A stretch of DNA of 64,000 bases from contig JBAYJA010000001.1 of the NCBI GenBank assembly GCA_041665345.1, positions 329,206 through 393,205 of the forward strand, written 5' to 3'. Positions 27,530-37,718 of the stretch are shown here, one piece after another; position 1 is the first letter of the stretch; every line of letters starts with the position of its first letter. The notes under the pieces were generated by a model. The model saw nothing but the letters and a program-made list of their open reading frames with translations. It searched no databases and was not told the origin of the DNA. This DNA is from Patescibacteria group bacterium. Lineage in GTDB: Bacteria > Patescibacteriota > Patescibacteriia > PEXW01. Made by a program: the position numbers and the translations under genes.

Positions 27530-27943
27530 ATGCAGGATATCAATTCAAACGTTGTTAAGAAAAGCAGTATTGTAAAGCGGGTTGGTATTGTATTTGCAAT
27601 ATTCATAATTCTTGTTGGCGTCGTAGCTTTTGTTATTATCCCATTTGTACAGACTGATAGTAAAGAAGGTGTAGGTATTTGGGGCGATGCGCCAGTCATT
27701 GGATGGGCAGTGCAAATTGCTTATAAAATAAAATGCGAACGCGATGGTGGAGAAGTTTTTGAAATAGCTGAAAAGAATTATTGCGGAATTGGCAAAACGC
27801 AGGATGCTTATAAAAAGTGTTCTTCATCAACTGAATGTGAAATATTTTGCGGGTTTGAAGGCGGTTTTATAACCCATGATGCAGCGTTCTGTGTGCCGTA
27901 CCAAAAAGGTTGGGTTGGTGTGAAATATGAAGATTATTTGTAG
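27530..27943 (+). CDS. membrane-anchored Cys-rich protein
   Basis: One TM and six Cys; AT-rich coding sequence. Confidence 0.6.
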   Translation: MQDINSNVVKKSSIVKRVGIVFAIFIILVGVVAFVIIPFVQTDSKEGVGIWGDAPVIGWAVQIAYKIKCERDGGEVFEIAEKNYCGIGKTQDAYKKCSSSTECEIFCGFEGGFITHDAAFCVPYQKGWVGVKYEDYL

Positions 27944-28006
27944 CGTCATTAACAGTATCCGTTCGATTTAAGTATCTTTCTTCAGTTTTTTTAACCCCGT
28001 ATACCT

Positions 28007-28627
28007 ATGGAAACGAAAATGATAACCACCGGCGCGGCCTTCCGCTACGGCTGGGAAACGCTCAAGAAGGATTTCTGGTACTTCATTGGGATCTCCGTGT
28101 TGTACGGAGTCATCACCAATATTCCAAATTCTAAAGGGACCAGAAGTGGTTTTAGCATCCTCGGCATTTTCATCAGCGCTTGGCTTATGGGCGGCCTGTA
28201 CCGCCTGTTGCTTGACTACAAAGACGGCAAGAAGCAAGAGTTTAGCGTTCTGTTCACTCAGTTGAAGCACTACTGGCGGATTTTGGGCGGTTCAATTTTG
28301 GTGGGGCTCATTGTCATTGGTGGGCTCATCCTCCTGATTGTGCCCGGCATCATCTGGGGTTTGCGCTACATGTTCACCATCATGCTCATCGTGGACAAAA
28401 ACATGGATGTTGGAACGGCCATGCACGCCAGTGCGGAAATGACCCGGGGGATTAAAGGCAAACTCTTCGTCTTCGCTTTGGCCTGCCTTGGCACCATGGT
28501 CCTGGGTGTCATCTGCTTGGGTGTGGGTGTGTTTGTGGCCATGCCCGTGGTGTGGTTGGCTTTCGTCTACCTGTACCGCAGTCTGCCAAACACCAACGCG
28601 GTGCAAGTCCAAGAGCCAACAGTTTAA
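28007..28627 (+). CDS. integral membrane protein (DUF975-like)
   Basis: LILLIVPGIIW..Y.F, ASAEMTRG. Confidence 0.75.
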   Translation: METKMITTGAAFRYGWETLKKDFWYFIGISVLYGVITNIPNSKGTRSGFSILGIFISAWLMGGLYRLLLDYKDGKKQEFSVLFTQLKHYWRILGGSILVGLIVIGGLILLIVPGIIWGLRYMFTIMLIVDKNMDVGTAMHASAEMTRGIKGKLFVFALACLGTMVLGVICLGVGVFVAMPVVWLAFVYLYRSLPNTNAVQVQEPTV

Positions 28628-28761
28628 ATTTTTAACGATTCGCAAAACCCGCAGCAGTGCGGGTTTTTGCTTTGTAGCGAGTAGAAGCCGTGGTGCCACT
28701 ATTGACACATTCTCGATTGTGTGTAGAATTGGTATCAACAAAACATTTGGAGGAAAAAAGA

Positions 28762-28974
28762 ATGTTAAATCGGATCATTTTCATCATCATTGTTACAGCT
28801 CTTGCGCTCATTCCCACCTGGTTCTTTCTCCTCTTGCGGAGCATCGCCAATCCTACAGGATTCTGGCAGAACATCGTCACGTTTGGAGTAGGCATCTGGT
28901 TACTTGGAGGATTGCAGCTCATCTTCCTTGTTGTAGGGGTATTTGTCCTCTTCGCTGGGCTGTCCAAAAACTAA
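28762..28974 (+). CDS. small membrane protein
   Basis: GGAGG RBS; promoter TTGACA(28702)-16-TAGAAT. Confidence 0.65.
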   Translation: MLNRIIFIIIVTALALIPTWFFLLLRSIANPTGFWQNIVTFGVGIWLLGGLQLIFLVVGVFVLFAGLSKN

Positions 28975-29048
28975 TCTCAACGTAGACCGGCAGAAATGTC
29001 GGTCTTTTCTTATTTTTGCATTTTCACCAGGGAGCGTACACTGGCTGC

Positions 29049-29714
29049 ATGACCCAGCGCAGAATACATCAAGACGAGTGCCCGTACTTCGTCACCTTCA
29101 ACACGCGGGGAGGGGAGCCGGTGTTTGAAGATGTGCGATTTGCAAAGTTACTCCAGGAGGAAATGTTTACCTCGGCCAGGTTGAAGGGTTTTGATATCTT
29201 GGCATACCAAATAATACCAAACCACGTTCACCTTTTAACCGGCACGCGCACGTTGGAGGAGGATGGTAAAAATATTGTTGGTGGTGATGCACCCACCTCC
29301 GAGGTTGATCCCGTCCCCGTCGAGCGCACGCTTGAGAGCATGCGCTCGGGGGAATTTAAAAGGATTGATAATAATAATTTCCCCGAACCCACTCCGATTC
29401 ACGAACGCGCCTCCCTTGAACGCGCCTCCCCCGAGCGTACCTTCTCTAAGGTGCGCTCGTCCCCGGCGCGTACACCCAAGCCATTCACCATCTCCGACCT
29501 TATACAATCCATCAAAGGGAATTTCTCATACAAGCACAAACTTGGAGCAATTTGGCAACGCCGGTTCTACACTAAAATCGTTAATACCCCGGAGTATTTG
29601 GAAACCGTGGTGGAGTACATCCGCTACAATCCCACCAAAGACGGTTTACCCAAACGTTTCACCCAACCGCCGTACCAATATTTTGATTGGGGGAAGATTC
29701 GGAAGTTGTTTTAA
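29049..29714 (+). mobile_element. REP-associated tyrosine transposase (RAYT, IS200/Y1 HUH family) with internal REP insertion
   Basis: YFVTFNT, IIPNHVHLL (HUH), WQRRFY, EYIRYNP. Confidence 0.85.
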
Positions 29715-29805
29715 GTCCATTTAATGCATAACAAGCGCAAGTTTGGTCATAACAGTGTAAACGGTGAAAATAATTCCTCGAGCGTACCTTCTCTAAGGTG
29801 CGCTC
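29321..29805. repeat. three REP-like palindromes (29321-29348, 29432-29459, 29779-29805)
   Basis: CGAGCGYA..TGCGCTC hairpins; the last two are identical over 27 nt. Confidence 0.85.
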
Positions 29806-29868
29806 ACCCAAGTTTATATTATTCATTGTTAATGAAAAATGCTCTCCCCGAAGAGAGAGCATTACTTT

Positions 29869-30285
29869 TTAGAGCATTTTCATTACCGCTTGAATTGCGT
29901 ACTCAATGAATTCTGGTTTTGGGTTACCACTGGTATAGATTGCTGCAGAACGGTCACACTGGCTGCCGTCGATATTATCCCAATCTTGTGACCACGGCAT
30001 GAGGACAAGAACCGTGCGTTTCCAGAACAAGATGCCGGTTTCAAACCAAAAGGTTGCAAACCAGTAGTAACCGTCACTTGTGGTTAGTCCAAGGGGAATA
30101 TCCATGATCGTACTCGCAGTTCCCCTGTAATGTGGGAGCCGCTTGCAGCGGATACGGAGGTCATCCTGGTTTAGTAGTGCGCGATTTGGGTCAGCCAGTT
30201 TCTCGTTAAACTTTTCAATGATCGGCGGGAAAAATGGACCATCGAATTTTTGCAGTTTTGCTTTAGCGTGCCTTCTTTTACTCAT
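29869..30285 (-). CDS. hypothetical protein
   Basis: AAGGAG RBS; promoter TTGACA-17-TACGAT with -35 at 30342-30347. Confidence 0.7.
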   Translation of the reverse strand: MSKRRHAKAKLQKFDGPFFPPIIEKFNEKLADPNRALLNQDDLRIRCKRLPHYRGTASTIMDIPLGLTTSDGYYWFATFWFETGILFWKRTVLVLMPWSQDWDNIDGSQCDRSAAIYTSGNPKPEFIEYAIQAVMKML

Positions 30286-30496
30286 ATTTACTCCTTTGTG
30301 TGTATTTTTAATAGCCAATCGTAAATCAGAACTTGCTTTTTGTCAAGCCGCGCGCCAGATCAATAGTTTGGCCACCATGCAGTAGCCCTTTGCAACAAAG
30401 TAAACCCCGAGCATCTTGCCCGGGGTTTTTGTATGCATCGGAAGCAATTTAGAAATAAAAAAGCGCTGGTAACAGCGCTTTAGGTTTTGTCGTACT

Positions 30497-30829
30497 TCAT
30501 TTGCTTGTAGATCGAAGCATGGTAACGAACATGAGTCGTTCATCTGCCACCCCGCCGTAGTGTTCCGCGACGAGCGCCCTGAGCTTTTCTCGTTGGTAAG
30601 TTGTGGGCAGATGCTGCACGGCAATGGACCGCAGGTGACAGCTCAAGCAAACGTGGATGTACACATTACCGCACGTCTGTAGCTCTTCGGGCAGCTCCTC
30701 TTTGAGGAATGCGCGGGTGGAGTCGCTGCTCCCTTTGTGGTTGCAAAACGGGCAACCGGATGTGTTGAGGGTCTTCCCAGTGACGATTTTTGTACTTCCG
30801 GGGGCGAAACGTATGTTATGAATATCCAT
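30497..30829 (-). CDS. Zn-ribbon hypothetical protein
   Basis: CPFC, CLSC; GGAGG; promoter TTGACA-17-TAAGAT. Confidence 0.7.
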   Translation of the reverse strand: MDIHNIRFAPGSTKIVTGKTLNTSGCPFCNHKGSSDSTRAFLKEELPEELQTCGNVYIHVCLSCHLRSIAVQHLPTTYQREKLRALVAEHYGGVADERLMFVTMLRSTSK

Positions 30830-30988
30830 CGTACCTCCAAACTGGTATGTTTTGTGTTTACGCCATCTTAGTCTGCCGGCACTCTACTGTCAAACCTAAG
30901 CTCAAGCCAGCAAGTGAAAGGGGATTGACAGTTTTTCTTTTTTTTCGTAAGGTAGACACACAAAAAAATACAAAGAGAAGGAGGAAAA

Positions 30989-31276
30989 ATGGCAACGTAC
31001 ATTTTGCTTACAAATTTAGGCATTGAGGCGTGTGGATCAAACGAGCAAATGAAAAGCACTTTGCATTTGGTAGAGAAACGTCTGAAGGAAGAATGCCGAG
31101 GTGTCACTTTTGTTGAAGGCTATGGTTGCATGGGGACATATGACCTCGTCTATATTCTTGAGAGTGAGGAACCTCAAACGATTGAAAAAGTAGTTCCGAT
31201 TTTACGGGAATTAGGCCACTCCACAATTCAGACCATGTTAGCTACGCCATTCGAGCAATTTATCAAGGCGTTATAG
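30989..31276 (+). CDS. GYD domain protein
   Basis: MATYILL..GTYDLVYILE..TQTMLA-like ending; AAGGAGG; promoter TTGACA(30925)-17-TAAGGT. Confidence 0.8.
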   Translation: MATYILLTNLGIEACGSNEQMKSTLHLVEKRLKEECRGVTFVEGYGCMGTYDLVYILESEEPQTIEKVVPILRELGHSTIQTMLATPFEQFIKAL

Positions 31277-31440
31277 GTCCTTTATAAAAATCCACCTCCA
31301 TATCGGACGGTGGATTTTCTTATACCCCATACACTTTTTTTACCTACCAGACTGGGTAAAAGTCTTTTTTAGCTGCGCTAAAGAATTTTGATTTACAAAA
31401 AGAGCCACCAATGTTGGTAGCTCGAGAAATTTTTGGTTGT

Positions 31441-31662
31441 TTAGAGTACCTGTAGTGCATGTAAGCCGGCGAGGATGAGGAGGATAAGTGATATGGCGAC
31501 TATAGCGCCTGATACCGCCATACACACTTCAATGAACCGCATCTCCTTACGTGTGCCTCCTAGCATGACCAAGAAACCAGGAAACATAATTGCAAAGAAA
31601 CTCAGAACACCAATGATTAGTGTGAGTATCCACACCCACCAATGCGCAACAATAAATTCCAT
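31441..31662 (-). CDS. small two-TM membrane protein
   Basis: GGAGG; promoter TTGACA-17-TAAGGT. Confidence 0.65.
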   Translation of the reverse strand: MEFIVAHWWVWILTLIIGVLSFFAIMFPGFLVMLGGTRKEMRFIEVCMAVSGAIVAISLILLILAGLHALQVL

Positions 31663-31757
31663 TTTCCCTCCAAATTTCTTAGGATCAATTTTGGCTTCAC
31701 CTTAGGCAGGGCAGGAGAGATTGTCAATGGCTGGTGCCCTACATTTTTCCAGGTTGC

Positions 31758-31794
31758 TAGAATACCCCCATGCCCCTCCTGGAAACCCTGAACC
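31758..31794 (+). pseudogene. short remnant of the UvrD-helicase -10 box and 5' end
   Basis: TAGAATACCCCC ATG CCC CTC CTG GAA ACC CTG AAC (MPLLETLN). Confidence 0.6.
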
Positions 31795-31872
31795 AACCAA
31801 GGTTTAGGATTTAGATGAAAAGTTAACCCCACACAAGTACTGTGCGGGGTTAAGGTACTGACAGGAATGCAT

Positions 31873-32163
31873 TTACTTTGTTCCGAAGTACACACTGTTG
31901 TAGTTCGGGGACAAGTCGGCGTTCAGGCCTGGAACGAATTTTTCCCCTCCATTCAGGCCGGTATGGAAGAAGCGGAAGCCGTTTGCTTCATCGGTAACGG
32001 TGAGTTCGCCTGCCACCGGGGAGATAATGGCGGTTTTGCCCGTGGAAAATCTTCCTCTACTGTCACGCTTCTGCGTGAAGTGGTGTTTTCCAAGTTCCAC
32101 GAGTTCACAATGAAGTGGGCACTGTTGCGCGATTTTGGACCAGGACATGAAATTACAATCCAT
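31873..32163 (-). CDS. hypothetical protein
   Basis: GGAGG before ATG at 32163; promoter TTGACA-16-TACATT. Confidence 0.6.
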   Translation of the reverse strand: MDCNFMSWSKIAQQCPLHCELVELGKHHFTQKRDSRGRFSTGKTAIISPVAGELTVTDEANGFRFFHTGLNGGEKFVPGLNADLSPNYNSVYFGTK

Positions 32164-32269
32164 TTTAAACCTCCAGTTTGTTTTACCTTTTTGCAATGGC
32201 TTAATGTAGCACATTTCTGTTTCTTGTCAAGTCTTGGCTCTTGTATGCGGAACCTCCTACAATACCCCC

Positions 32270-32356
32270 ATGCCCCTTCTGCCAACTCTCAACCCTGCCC
32301 AAAAGCAAGCGATAACCCACACGGCTGGGCCGCATTTGATTGTGGCTGGCGCGGGG
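32270..32356 (+). pseudogene. 87-bp remnant of the UvrD-helicase 5' end
   Basis: 80/87 nt identical to 33407-33493; breaks off inside Walker A. Confidence 0.9.
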
Positions 32357-32460
32357 TGCTCAGTTGGTAATGAGGAGGTTTACCTGGTTTGCATTTGACA
32401 TTATTTTGTAGGTGTGGCAAAGTCTTAGGTCTTCATGTATACTCAAGTACATATTAAGAA

Positions 32461-32667
32461 ATGAGCAAAAATATGGAAAAGGGAACGGAGAAACAATTAT
32501 TTACGGCTATTAAAATAGCCCGTAAGCAACTTTCTGAACTTAGTGTACATCAACGATCAACTCTAGAAAAAACTTGGGATATTGAGCATGCATATTATTC
32601 AAGCACGCTTGAAGGAAGTAAGCTGGATCGATCAGAGTTCAATCGGCTTGGTGAAGAGGTTCAATGA
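32461..32667 (+). CDS. Fic antitoxin carrying the inhibitory helix
   Basis: YYSSTLEG fits (S/T)xxxE(G/N); overlaps fic start (ATGA). Confidence 0.75.
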   Translation: MSKNMEKGTEKQLFTAIKIARKQLSELSVHQRSTLEKTWDIEHAYYSSTLEGSKLDRSEFNRLGEEVQ

Positions 32668-33344
32668 TGGTAAGTTCTGATTTTCGTCGTCCACTAGACG
32701 AGGAAGAACTTCAAAAACGATCAGCGCTTGGAGTAATCCGAGCGTCACGTTTTATTAGAAAATTTGCTCACCAGCATCAACCGATAAACGTTGATGTATT
32801 TTGTGAAATACACAAGAAAATTTTTTTTGATGTGTGGCCTGAAATAGCGGGAACATACAGGCGTGAAAATTTAGAAATCACAGATTCTAAGCTTGTGCTA
32901 CCCCATTATTCAGAAGTTCCTCAATTAATGCACAAAATGAACGAAGACCTAAAGGACAAATTATCCTCCTTAGGCCAGGTTGAAGGAATTATAAATACCT
33001 CTAAAACACATACTGAAGATGAGGAAAAAATAATTGAAGCAACCGAACATGTTATTGGAGTTGCAGCTTGGGCGCATCATCGTATTACCTATATTCACCC
33101 TTTCCGAGAGGGGAATGGTAGAACAGGAAGGTTAGCCGCAAATTTGATTCTAGAAAGGTATGGGCTGGTTGGTATTTCGGTAAAGGTTGAAAAGGAAAAC
33201 AAAAATCGATATCGGAAAGCTTTAGCACAGATTGATGCGGAAAGTGATTATGAACCTTTGATAAGTATTATTTATGAAGGCTTGATTGACCGATATCAAG
33301 GGGTGAGTATTAAGTACTATGAGTATAAGGGAAAGACTCGGTAA
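32664..33344 (+). CDS. Fic family toxin/adenylyltransferase
   Basis: Canonical HPFREGNGRTGR motif. Confidence 0.92.
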   Translation: MMVSSDFRRPLDEEELQKRSALGVIRASRFIRKFAHQHQPINVDVFCEIHKKIFFDVWPEIAGTYRRENLEITDSKLVLPHYSEVPQLMHKMNEDLKDKLSSLGQVEGIINTSKTHTEDEEKIIEATEHVIGVAAWAHHRITYIHPFREGNGRTGRLAANLILERYGLVGISVKVEKENKNRYRKALAQIDAESDYEPLISIIYEGLIDRYQGVSIKYYEYKGKTR

Positions 33345-33406
33345 ACGGATTTTTTAAGACAGAAATAGAATTAGTACATCTGTGAGCAGATTGGTAGACT
33401 AGCATT

Positions 33407-36400
33407 ATGCCCCTGTTGCCAACCCTGAACCCTGCCCAAAAGCAAGCGATAACCCACACGGCTGGGCCGCTTTTGATTGTGGCAGGCGCGGGCACGGGCA
33501 AGACGACGGTGGTGACCCAGCGCATTGCCTGGCTCATTACCGAGCAGAAGGTCAAGCCGGACCACATTCTGGCCCTCACCTTCACGGACAAGGCGGCTGG
33601 GGAAATGGAGGAGCGGGTGGACAAGCTGCTGCCCATGGGCTACGTGGATTTGTGGGTGAGCACGTTCCACAGCTATTGCGAGCGGGTGCTGCGGGACCAC
33701 GCCTTGGATATTGGTCTGAGCCCGGACTTCACTTTGCTGGATGAAACTGACCAAGCGATTCTGATGCGGGAGAATTTGGAGAAGTTTGAACTCAACTACT
33801 ACCGACCGCTGGGCAATCCCACCAAATTTGTGACGAGTTTGATTTCCCATTTTTCACGGTGCAAGGATGAAGCTATTCGACCTGAGGAATACTTGAAGTT
33901 TGCGGAGAAGGTGAAACTTGATTTGGATCAGGTGCATGGCCGCAAAAAGAAATCAGAGGATGATGCCGCGCAGATAGTAGAAGCGGAGAGGATAAACGAA
34001 GTAGCAAATGCGTATCATACATATCAACAGTTATTGTTTGAAAAAAGCTGCTTGGATTTTGGTGACCTTATCACACAGACGCTGTATCTGTTCCAGCAGC
34101 GGCCAAAGATTTTGCAGCGGTACCAGGAGCAGTTCCAGTACGTGCTGGTGGATGAATTCCAAGACACCAACTGGGCGCAGTACGAGCTGGTGAAGATGCT
34201 GGCCGCGCCCAAGAACAATTTGACCGTGGTGGGGGATGATGACCAGAGCATTTACAAATTCCGTGGCGCCAGCGTGGCCAACATTCTGGCGTTCAAGAAA
34301 GACTACCCCAAGGCAAAGGAAGTGGTGCTGACTGAAAATTACCGCAGCACGCAGAACATTCTGGATTTGGCGTATAAATTTATCCAGCACAATAATCCGA
34401 ATCGATTGGAAGTACAGATGCAGAGCCGTAAAGCCGTAAGCCGTAGAGCTGTAAGTTCTGAGGGGAAGAAGGGACAGGGGATAAGTAAAAAACTCGTCGC
34501 ACAGTCAGAAGACACTGGCGAAATTGGGGTGTGGCAAATGCCGACGTTGGAGCAGGAGGCGAGTGCGGTGGTGGAAAAAATAATCGAACTTAAGAAAAAA
34601 AATGCTGAGAGCTCGTACAATGATTTTGCCGTGCTGGTGCGCGCCAATGACCATGCCACGCCGTTTCTGCAGCGGCTAAAGGCGGCAAATGTGCCGTTCC
34701 AGTTTTTGGCCTCGGCTGGGCTGTACCGCCAACCAATTATTTTGGACATTCTGAATTACCTGAAGCTCTTGGACAACTACCACGAGACTGCGAGCTTGTA
34801 CCGGATTCTCACCTTGCCCTTGCTAGCCATTCCTTTGCCAGATGTGATGCACATGCTGGCAGTGGCCAAGCGGGAAACCAAGTCCTTGTTCGACATTACT
34901 AAGCAAGCGCGGGCGCTCACCAGTTTGCAGCCGGCCACCATTGCATCGGTGGAAATTTTGCACGGGTGGTTGGAAGCGCACAGCCAGCTGGCGCGCACGC
35001 AGCCAGTGGGGGAAGTCACCCTGAAGTTCTTGGAAGACTCCGGCATGCTGCAGCAAATTACCGGCACCACGGATGCGGAGCATTTGGAGCAGGTGGGTTT
35101 TGTGAACCAGCTCTTCCAAGTGTTCCACAGTTTCCAGAGCCGGCACGCAGACCCTACGGTGGCTAATTTTTTGCGGGAGCTGGCTTTTGCCCAGGATGCT
35201 GGCGATGCTGGAACACTCAAGCCCCCGGAATGGGAGCAGGGGCCAGAGGCCGTGAAAGTCATGACTGTGCACGGGGCTAAGGGCTTGGAATTTCCGTACG
35301 TGTTCATTGTGAATTTAGTGGACAAGCGTTTCCCAACCGTGGAGCGGCGCGAACCCATTGCCATACCAGATCCGCTGGTGCGAGAAAAAGTACCGGAGGG
35401 GGACTGGCATGTGCAGGAAGAGCGCCGGTTGTTTTACGTGGGTATCACCCGGGCCAAGCGCGGCGTCTTCTTCCTGATGGCGGAGGACTACGGCGGCAGT
35501 CGAAAGAAAAAGCCTTCGCGTTTCATTCCAGAACTCGGAGTGCAGATTGTGTCGAAGCAGGTCCAAGGCAAACTCACCGAAGCACCCACGCAAGCACCGG
35601 GCCGCGTGGATGATGATCACGCCTTGCTGCGCCAGGCCATTCCGGCGGCATTCAGCTTCACACAAATTAAAGCGTTTGAAAATTGCCCTAAGCAGTACAA
35701 GTACGCGCACCTGCTGAAAATCCCGGTGCCGGGCCACGCGTCTTTAAGCTTTGGCCAAACCATCCACAACACTTTGCTCAACTTCTTCAAACTGGCGCGG
35801 GAGCGGAGCATCACTGGCCAAGCAGATTTGTTTGGGACCAAGCCAACGGTCGCGTCAGACAAGCCAGCTGTGAGTTGGGCTGAGCTGCAAGAGTTGTACA
35901 AAGCCGCGTGGATTGACCAGTGGTATGCGAATGTGAAGCAGAAGCAGGAGTACAAGCAGCGCGGCGTGCAGTTTCTCAAAAACTTCTACGACAGTTTGCC
36001 CACGCCCTGGCCGCAGCCTGTGGAACTGGAAAAAGGTTTTACCATTGCCATTGGCGGGCACAAACTACGCGGAAAAATTGACCGCATTGACCCAGCCAGT
36101 GGGGGCATTGCCATTCTGGATTACAAGACCAGCGAGAAACCGCCAACGGATCCAAGCAAAGCAGACCTGGAGCAGCTTCACCTGTACGCCATTGCCGCGC
36201 GGGAAGCCCTGGGCAAAAATCCGGTGAGCTTATCGTACATCTACCTAGCCACGGACAAACCCTACACCTACCCAATTGATGAGGCAGCCATTGCGAAAAC
36301 TAAGGCCAAGGTGGAGGGGACCATTGCCGCAATCCTGGCTAGTAACTTCAAAGCCACCCCAGCCAAGCACATTTGCGACCACTGTGATTTCCGGAATATT

Positions 36401-36424
36401 TGCGAGGATCGGTGGCGGGGATGA
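33407..36424 (+). CDS. UvrD/PcrA-family helicase with C-terminal PD-(D/E)xK nuclease (AdnB/AddA-like)
   Basis: AGAGTGKT, VDEFQD, TVHGAKGLE, EERRLFYV; GKIDRID, LDYKT; CP and CDHCDFRNIC cysteines. Confidence 0.93.
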   Translation: MPLLPTLNPAQKQAITHTAGPLLIVAGAGTGKTTVVTQRIAWLITEQKVKPDHILALTFTDKAAGEMEERVDKLLPMGYVDLWVSTFHSYCERVLRDHALDIGLSPDFTLLDETDQAILMRENLEKFELNYYRPLGNPTKFVTSLISHFSRCKDEAIRPEEYLKFAEKVKLDLDQVHGRKKKSEDDAAQIVEAERINEVANAYHTYQQLLFEKSCLDFGDLITQTLYLFQQRPKILQRYQEQFQYVLVDEFQDTNWAQYELVKMLAAPKNNLTVVGDDDQSIYKFRGASVANILAFKKDYPKAKEVVLTENYRSTQNILDLAYKFIQHNNPNRLEVQMQSRKAVSRRAVSSEGKKGQGISKKLVAQSEDTGEIGVWQMPTLEQEASAVVEKIIELKKKNAESSYNDFAVLVRANDHATPFLQRLKAANVPFQFLASAGLYRQPIILDILNYLKLLDNYHETASLYRILTLPLLAIPLPDVMHMLAVAKRETKSLFDITKQARALTSLQPATIASVEILHGWLEAHSQLARTQPVGEVTLKFLEDSGMLQQITGTTDAEHLEQVGFVNQLFQVFHSFQSRHADPTVANFLRELAFAQDAGDAGTLKPPEWEQGPEAVKVMTVHGAKGLEFPYVFIVNLVDKRFPTVERREPIAIPDPLVREKVPEGDWHVQEERRLFYVGITRAKRGVFFLMAEDYGGSRKKKPSRFIPELGVQIVSKQVQGKLTEAPTQAPGRVDDDHALLRQAIPAAFSFTQIKAFENCPKQYKYAHLLKIPVPGHASLSFGQTIHNTLLNFFKLARERSITGQADLFGTKPTVASDKPAVSWAELQELYKAAWIDQWYANVKQKQEYKQRGVQFLKNFYDSLPTPWPQPVELEKGFTIAIGGHKLRGKIDRIDPASGGIAILDYKTSEKPPTDPSKADLEQLHLYAIAAREALGKNPVSLSYIYLATDKPYTYPIDEAAIAKTKAKVEGTIAAILASNFKATPAKHICDHCDFRNICEDRWRG

Positions 36425-36490
36425 AGCGGCAATCGGAATAGGTGGTCGCAGCCCGTATCGGTTCACGTTTTCGTAGGACGATATACGATA

Positions 36491-36524
36491 CCTGCCTGCG
36501 CGAAGCCGCTTCGGCGAAGGCGGG
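36491..36524. repeat. palindromic intergenic element
   Basis: CCTGCCT..CGAAGCcGCTTCG..AGGCGGG. Confidence 0.5.
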
Positions 36525-36672
36525 CGGGTGGCGAAACCGTTCACCGTATGCCGAATTAGTATCAGTAGGGGAGGTGCAGGGTTTGGGTGTGGCGGCGTGT
36601 GGGGTTTGAGAGTGTAGATTGAAGTATGGATGGAGGGTTTGGAGGGAGGGTAGTCAAAGAATAATTATGACA

Positions 36673-36704
36673 AAGTGGGTAGCCCGGGTCCCTTGACCCG
36701 GGCA
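36673..36704 (+). repeat. GTAG-type REP
   Basis: GTAG followed by CCCGGGTC-cctt-GACCCGGG; 31/32 identical to 51386-51417. Confidence 0.85.
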
Positions 36705-36802
36705 GATATCAGACGAAGGAGCTCTTGTTTGAACCCTACAATAGAGCTACCGTTATATTGGTAATTGACAGCACTGTGCGTTCTTACGCTTAACTGAAAA
36801 GT

Positions 36803-37639
36803 ATGGAAAACGAGCGATTTATTCCAGGAGAAGCAAAACCCAGAGATAAAGAGCTACGTGTGCCACTGGAAGACGAGGCTGCACAGTTGCAGGCGGTTGC
36901 CGAACGCGTGGGCATGTTACGGAAGTTCCGAGAGAGTAAGTGGGTGAAGCGGCTTATCCTCATTGCCGGCTTGCTTGCAGGTGGCGAAGGTGCACTGGCC
37001 AGTAGCACAACTGAGCGTGGGGCTGCCCCGGATACGGCAAAGGTAGAGCAACTGCAGAGTCAGGTGAAGGAATCCATTGCTGAAGCAAAGGAGTCAGTTG
37101 CAGTTATTGACCAGTACGTTCGTGCGCATCCAGATCAGAAATTTCAAGCAGAGTATTTAGGTAAAGCATCAGCGGAATTTCGTAAGCAAATTGGAAATGT
37201 GGAAGTGACTGTTAACGACTTCTTCACCATGGCGGTAATGGTGGATACCAGTGCTACGGGTGAGATCAAGACGAAGTACGCCTTTGACAAAGGGAGTGAT
37301 GGCTCACTGGAAAGTGTGGTCATGGTACCCGGGGAGTTATCCAAGGATGATCGTGCGATGGCGGTGTTAGATATCGATGCAGATCCGAATTCCCTAGAGA
37401 CCAAGGTTGGTATGGCTGATTTGATGTTCGAAGATGAACGGGGTACGCCTTTCAACAATCGTGGCATCTTTGTGGTCAACCCAAATGCTTCTGAAGGGCG
37501 ACGAGTCTTCGTTGGTTCATACAGGGATGGCAACTCTGGGTACATGGATGATGCCACAGAACTGAAACTGCAGCATTTGTGGGAGGGCATGACACATGCT
37601 ATTCGTGCGGATATTGAAACAGCTCAGCCTGGAAAATAA
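36803..37639 (+). CDS. membrane-anchored hypothetical protein
   Basis: 278-aa ORF with one hydrophobic segment. Confidence 0.7.
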   Translation: MENERFIPGEAKPRDKELRVPLEDEAAQLQAVAERVGMLRKFRESKWVKRLILIAGLLAGGEGALASSTTERGAAPDTAKVEQLQSQVKESIAEAKESVAVIDQYVRAHPDQKFQAEYLGKASAEFRKQIGNVEVTVNDFFTMAVMVDTSATGEIKTKYAFDKGSDGSLESVVMVPGELSKDDRAMAVLDIDADPNSLETKVGMADLMFEDERGTPFNNRGIFVVNPNASEGRRVFVGSYRDGNSGYMDDATELKLQHLWEGMTHAIRADIETAQPGK

Positions 37640-37718
37640 CCAGAATATATAGCCTGTCATTAAGGAGCAAGTTTATATTTACAACAGTTGTTAGTTTCAA
37701 TCTTTAACCAACAAGCAT

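Noticed and set aside
29049-33344. Prophage or integrative element
   Set aside because: No structural, replication or integrase genes; it appears to be a mosaic of single-gene inserts.
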